Assembly (NCBI GenBank): GCA_963845065.1
Contig: CAWJQQ010000002.1
Coordinates: 537,035-601,034 of the forward strand
Direction of reading: 5' to 3'
From: Nitrospirota bacterium
Lineage (GTDB): Bacteria; Nitrospirota; UBA9217
DNA: 64,000 nucleotides
Below the pieces are notes generated by a model. It ran no database searches. It worked only from the letters and a program-made list of their open reading frames with translations, and was not told the DNA's origin. Within the stretch, counting starts at the first letter, position 1, and each line of letters begins with the position of its first letter. This document shows positions 60,933 through 64,000 of this stretch, one piece after another. The translations under genes were made by a program, and so were the position numbers.

Positions 60933-62256
60933 CAGTAATGTCCGGTTACGTTTTTGCATGGAGAATGCCTTCTCCGGACATTTTATAGCAGTCACGGTCA
61001 GGCGGCACGTTCTCAAACTCAGTAGATTCATTTTTGATTTTGCAGCGTAGCTCTCTGACCCTTTTTATACTGACTTTCTCATTGTGCTGTTCGTGGCAAT
61101 AAATAGCGAGAAGCAGGTAGGTGATGAGGCCTCCCAGTATTTGGACCATGAGACCATGCTTGCTTCTTGCAATCAAGTGATAGACCTTCAAATGGCGTTT
61201 CCACCAGCCGAAGAAGGTTTCTATGTTCCATCGGAGCTTGTAAACCAGCGCTACCTCCTCGGCTGAAAGATCGTACCGATCGGTAGCAACCCAGTATTCT
61301 TTATTCGCGACACGATAGGCGACTACACGGAGTTCTTTTTCCGTTTGATTCACGCCTTTGGTCCCGAGCAGGACAACGGCGTCATAGAAAACAATGCTTC
61401 CTGGCTTAACGGTATTGGCCTTGATAATAGTAATCGTTGTGTTTTCTTTGATCCGGCAGACAAAATATTTTCTCTCAATCTGCCACTGATCGAAGCTCTT
61501 ATGCCGCTGATAGTAACGATCCAGAACACTGGTCTGACCCGGAGAAATAATCTGGCTTACAAAAGGGCGTTCATCTCCTTTGCCGTGGGTCAAAAATATC
61601 TTCGTCGGAATACCACGATTGATATCGAAGCCTATATGCGTCTTGGCTTTTTTTGAGCCGCCCCGATAATCGGCCCAGTGCATGGAAAGGACTGCATCTA
61701 TCAAAGATCCATCAACGGCGATAAGGTCGCCGAGATTGCCGTATTCAGTCGGAAGCAGCTTGGTGGCTTTGGCTTGGAGTGCCAAATATAATTCCATAAG
61801 TTGATCAAGGCCTCTTGAATTAATGGCCTCGAAAAAACTGCTTTTATTAATACCGGATTTCGGCGCAATCGTCTGTCGGGCAAAATCATCTTCCTTGAGG
61901 ACTTGCAACAGGTGACGACCTGAAGTGTGTTCCTCAAGGTGAAAGTAAATGAGCGCATGAAGCTGATCTTCAAATTCCATTTGTAGCGGCCTGTTTCCTC
62001 GTGCCTTAAGTAGCGTGATGTCGCTTAACGGCGCTTCCAGCGGTTGAAGCAGAAGGCTGAATGATGGTCGTTTGCCTGATTTGTTCTTCGGATCGAGCAC
62101 ATAGGGCATTTTCGTAACTCCTTGCAGTTAAAGGTATTTACGAAAATTTTTTCTGTGCACGTTTTTCTAAATGTCAAGTTAATAGCGACCGAACATTAGA
62201 ATGTTATGCTTTTTTATTGTCTCCTTTGAATGCAATTTGCTAACCGGACAACGCTG
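60933..62256 (-). mobile_element. IS4-family insertion sequence, 1324 bp, with 9-bp target site duplication
   Basis: Imperfect TIRs CAGTAATGTCCGGTTA / TAACCGGACAACGCTG; TSD TGGTTGACT at 60924-60932 and 62257-62265. Confidence 0.92.
60946..62109 (-). CDS. IS4-family transposase
   Basis: AVDGS, LDRYY, and YKLRWNIETFFGWWK (YREK signature). Confidence 0.93.
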   Translation of the reverse strand: MPYVLDPKNKSGKRPSFSLLLQPLEAPLSDITLLKARGNRPLQMEFEDQLHALIYFHLEEHTSGRHLLQVLKEDDFARQTIAPKSGINKSSFFEAINSRGLDQLMELYLALQAKATKLLPTEYGNLGDLIAVDGSLIDAVLSMHWADYRGGSKKAKTHIGFDINRGIPTKIFLTHGKGDERPFVSQIISPGQTSVLDRYYQRHKSFDQWQIERKYFVCRIKENTTITIIKANTVKPGSIVFYDAVVLLGTKGVNQTEKELRVVAYRVANKEYWVATDRYDLSAEEVALVYKLRWNIETFFGWWKRHLKVYHLIARSKHGLMVQILGGLITYLLLAIYCHEQHNEKVSIKRVRELRCKIKNESTEFENVPPDRDCYKMSGEGILHAKT

Positions 62257-62398
62257 TGGTTGACTCATAATTCATGTTACCGGAACCATACCCCTAAAAG
62301 GAGGGTACGTTTCTATAAGTCCGCGATCAAAATGGGAATATCTGTCAGCTATTGTCAAACGTTACCGGGCTGCCTCCCGGAAAATAAAGACAGCGGTC

Positions 62399-62623
62399 CT
62401 TAACTTCTTCTTCCTTTCGGTAAAGCTGATAGAGAAGAAACGAGTTGCTTCAAGGACAGTGAAGAGCTATGATAAATCCAAAACACCTTACCAGAGAGTC
62501 CTGGAGTCTCATGAAATCTTTGCAGAGACCAAGCAATCACTCAAGGAACACTACAAAACCTTGAACTCTTTTGACCTCAGAAAAACTATGGAGGAGAAGC
62601 TGAAAAGAATCTTCAAACACTAA
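62399..62623 (+). pseudogene. C-terminal remnant of a DDE integrase-type transposase (ISNCY-like, family tentative)
   Basis: LNFFFLSVKLIEKKRVASRTVKSYDKSKTPYQRVLES..LNSFDLRK, flanked by inverted ATGTTACCGGA (62274) and TCCGGTAACAT (62650). Confidence 0.65.
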
Positions 62624-62754
62624 AACCAAACCCAAAGATACAGGTGTCGTCCGGTAACATTTTATCTCAATGCGCCGTAAGACCCCGGCCGTGAGGCCGG
62701 GGATATAAGGCGCTGATTGTGAAGAAAACAAAGAATTGCTATTTTCACGATACA

Positions 62755-62783
62755 TTGACAGTTGTTCACCTTCCTGATATAAT
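62755..62783 (+). promoter_or_regulatory. Perfect sigma70 consensus promoter; probable leaderless tnpB mRNA
   Basis: TTGACA-N17-TATAAT, then 7 nt to ATG 62791, with no SD sequence. Confidence 0.8.
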
Positions 62784-62790
62784 TACCACC

Positions 62791-63930
62791 ATGACTGATC
62801 GAGCAAAAGAGCCCGATGTACAAACAATGACTGTCGTTGGCAAAGCATTGGTAACGGACGACAGCACTGCTCTCTTACTCGGGTTACTTGGTTTTTCCGC
62901 AACGAAGCTTTGGAACACCGCTGTGTGGCATACCAGGAACGTCTGGATGGCCACGGGGAAAATACTCACCTACCCCGAGCTTGATATCGCTCTTAAACAA
63001 GAGCATCCGCTCTGGTATCGCCGGCTGCACTCCCAGAGCTCTCAGGCAATCCTGGAAGAGCTTCGGCAGTCCTATCAATCATGGTTTGCACTCCGTAAGA
63101 AAGGCGATAGGAAATCCAATCCTCCTGGTTTCAGGCGAAAAGCCGATCTGTCAACGGTGACATTCAAACAAAGAGCCGTCACGTGGAACGCCCGTACATC
63201 GACGGTGCGCCTCAGTATCCCGAAGGACATCTACGGTAAACAATTTCTCTTTCTGAAGCTCCGCCTTCCTGAAGGCACCCGTCTTATCGAGGACAATGTC
63301 CAGATAGGCCGTCTGGTCTATGACAACGGCACGTGGTTTGTCCACCTGGTCTATACGATAACGCTCCCCGTATTGAAAGGAGAAGGGGAAACGATGGCAT
63401 CCGATCTTGGTATGAAGGATATGGCTGCCACAGCATGCACGGATGGAAGCACATCCCTTTGGCCAGGTGGTGAGTTGGCCGCTCTTGAGCGGTACTTTGA
63501 AATGCAAAAGTCAAAGACGACCAACAGCAAGTCCCGGAAATCAGCTGCGTTGAACCAGAAACGGTCTCGTCAGCGTTTCCACCTGCTCCACAGCTTTACC
63601 AAATCTCTTGTCCGCGATGCAGAAGCTCGCGGTGTCTCCACGATCATCGTGGGGGACCTGAAGGACATCAGAGAAGGCAAAGATTGGGGAAAGAGCGGAA
63701 ACCAGCAGTTCCATAAATGGCCGTTTGACCGGATCGTCAGGATGCTTACGTACAAAGCCAGACTCAAAGGCATCCGCGTTGTAGAAGAAAAGGAGCACTA
63801 CACGAGCCAGACCTGCTGTGTATGCAACACAAGGGATAAGGCCAGCCGTGTGCATCGTGGCCTCTACGTTTGCAAGCATTGCGGCGTCGTAATCCATGCT
63901 GACGTGAACGGAAGCAATCAACATTCTTAA
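62791..63930 (+). CDS. tnpB: TnpB with a C-terminal +1 frameshift
   Basis: KLWNTA, LHSQSSQ, PPGFRRK, SDLGM, IVGDL, EHYTSQTCCVC, HADVNG. An extra A at about 63912 truncates the expected AINILKKYL tail. Confidence 0.88.
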   Translation: MTDRAKEPDVQTMTVVGKALVTDDSTALLLGLLGFSATKLWNTAVWHTRNVWMATGKILTYPELDIALKQEHPLWYRRLHSQSSQAILEELRQSYQSWFALRKKGDRKSNPPGFRRKADLSTVTFKQRAVTWNARTSTVRLSIPKDIYGKQFLFLKLRLPEGTRLIEDNVQIGRLVYDNGTWFVHLVYTITLPVLKGEGETMASDLGMKDMAATACTDGSTSLWPGGELAALERYFEMQKSKTTNSKSRKSAALNQKRSRQRFHLLHSFTKSLVRDAEARGVSTIIVGDLKDIREGKDWGKSGNQQFHKWPFDRIVRMLTYKARLKGIRVVEEKEHYTSQTCCVCNTRDKASRVHRGLYVCKHCGVVIHADVNGSNQHS

Positions 63931-64000
63931 AAAGTATCTCCCGGAGCACAGAGGTGTCTCCTGGAGTAGTGGCTGTTTGGCACAGCCTTCGGTCAACCGG

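Larger units (their letters stand above)
62666..64000 (+). mobile_element. tnpA-less IS200/IS605-family (IS1341-like) element; right end lies outside the window
   Basis: Left end: TTAT|CTCAATGCGCCGT-AAGA-CCCCGGCCGTGAGGCCGGGG. Confidence 0.85.

Noticed and set aside
1..64000. rRNA, tRNA, tmRNA (near smpB) or CRISPR array
   Set aside because: None recognised by eye; cmscan or tRNAscan would be decisive

Overview
Mostly core chromosome of an anaerobic sulfur-cycling bacterium. Gene content resembles Nitrospirota/Desulfobacterota, which is an inference. Housekeeping genes include radA, folA, smpB, priA, nrdR, glyA, rpiB, rsmE, pcnB, moaAC, guaA, rdgB and panE. They surround a sulfate-activation cluster (adk-sat-aprBA-qmoABC-CBS-hppA-HD-YkgJ), a PPi-dependent PFK, a split EndoQ + short UvrD pair, and an aldehyde:ferredoxin oxidoreductase with MoaD and a radical SAM/SPASM gene. 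The spacers carry a heavy IS200/IS605 footprint: one complete tnpA-less element with a long TnpB (27378-29064), a second TnpB element at the right edge, one decayed relic of each, and four solo left-end hairpins with a TTAG/AAAC target-guide geometry. A nested mobile-element stack (IS4, a DDE-transposase remnant and the second TnpB) occupies 60.9-64 kb. Degenerate heptamer-periodic repeats occur in spacers and have entered nrdR and guaA. Several accessory genes are pseudogenes. No rRNA, tRNA or CRISPR array was seen. All calls come from reading the sequence by eye; no database searches were run.
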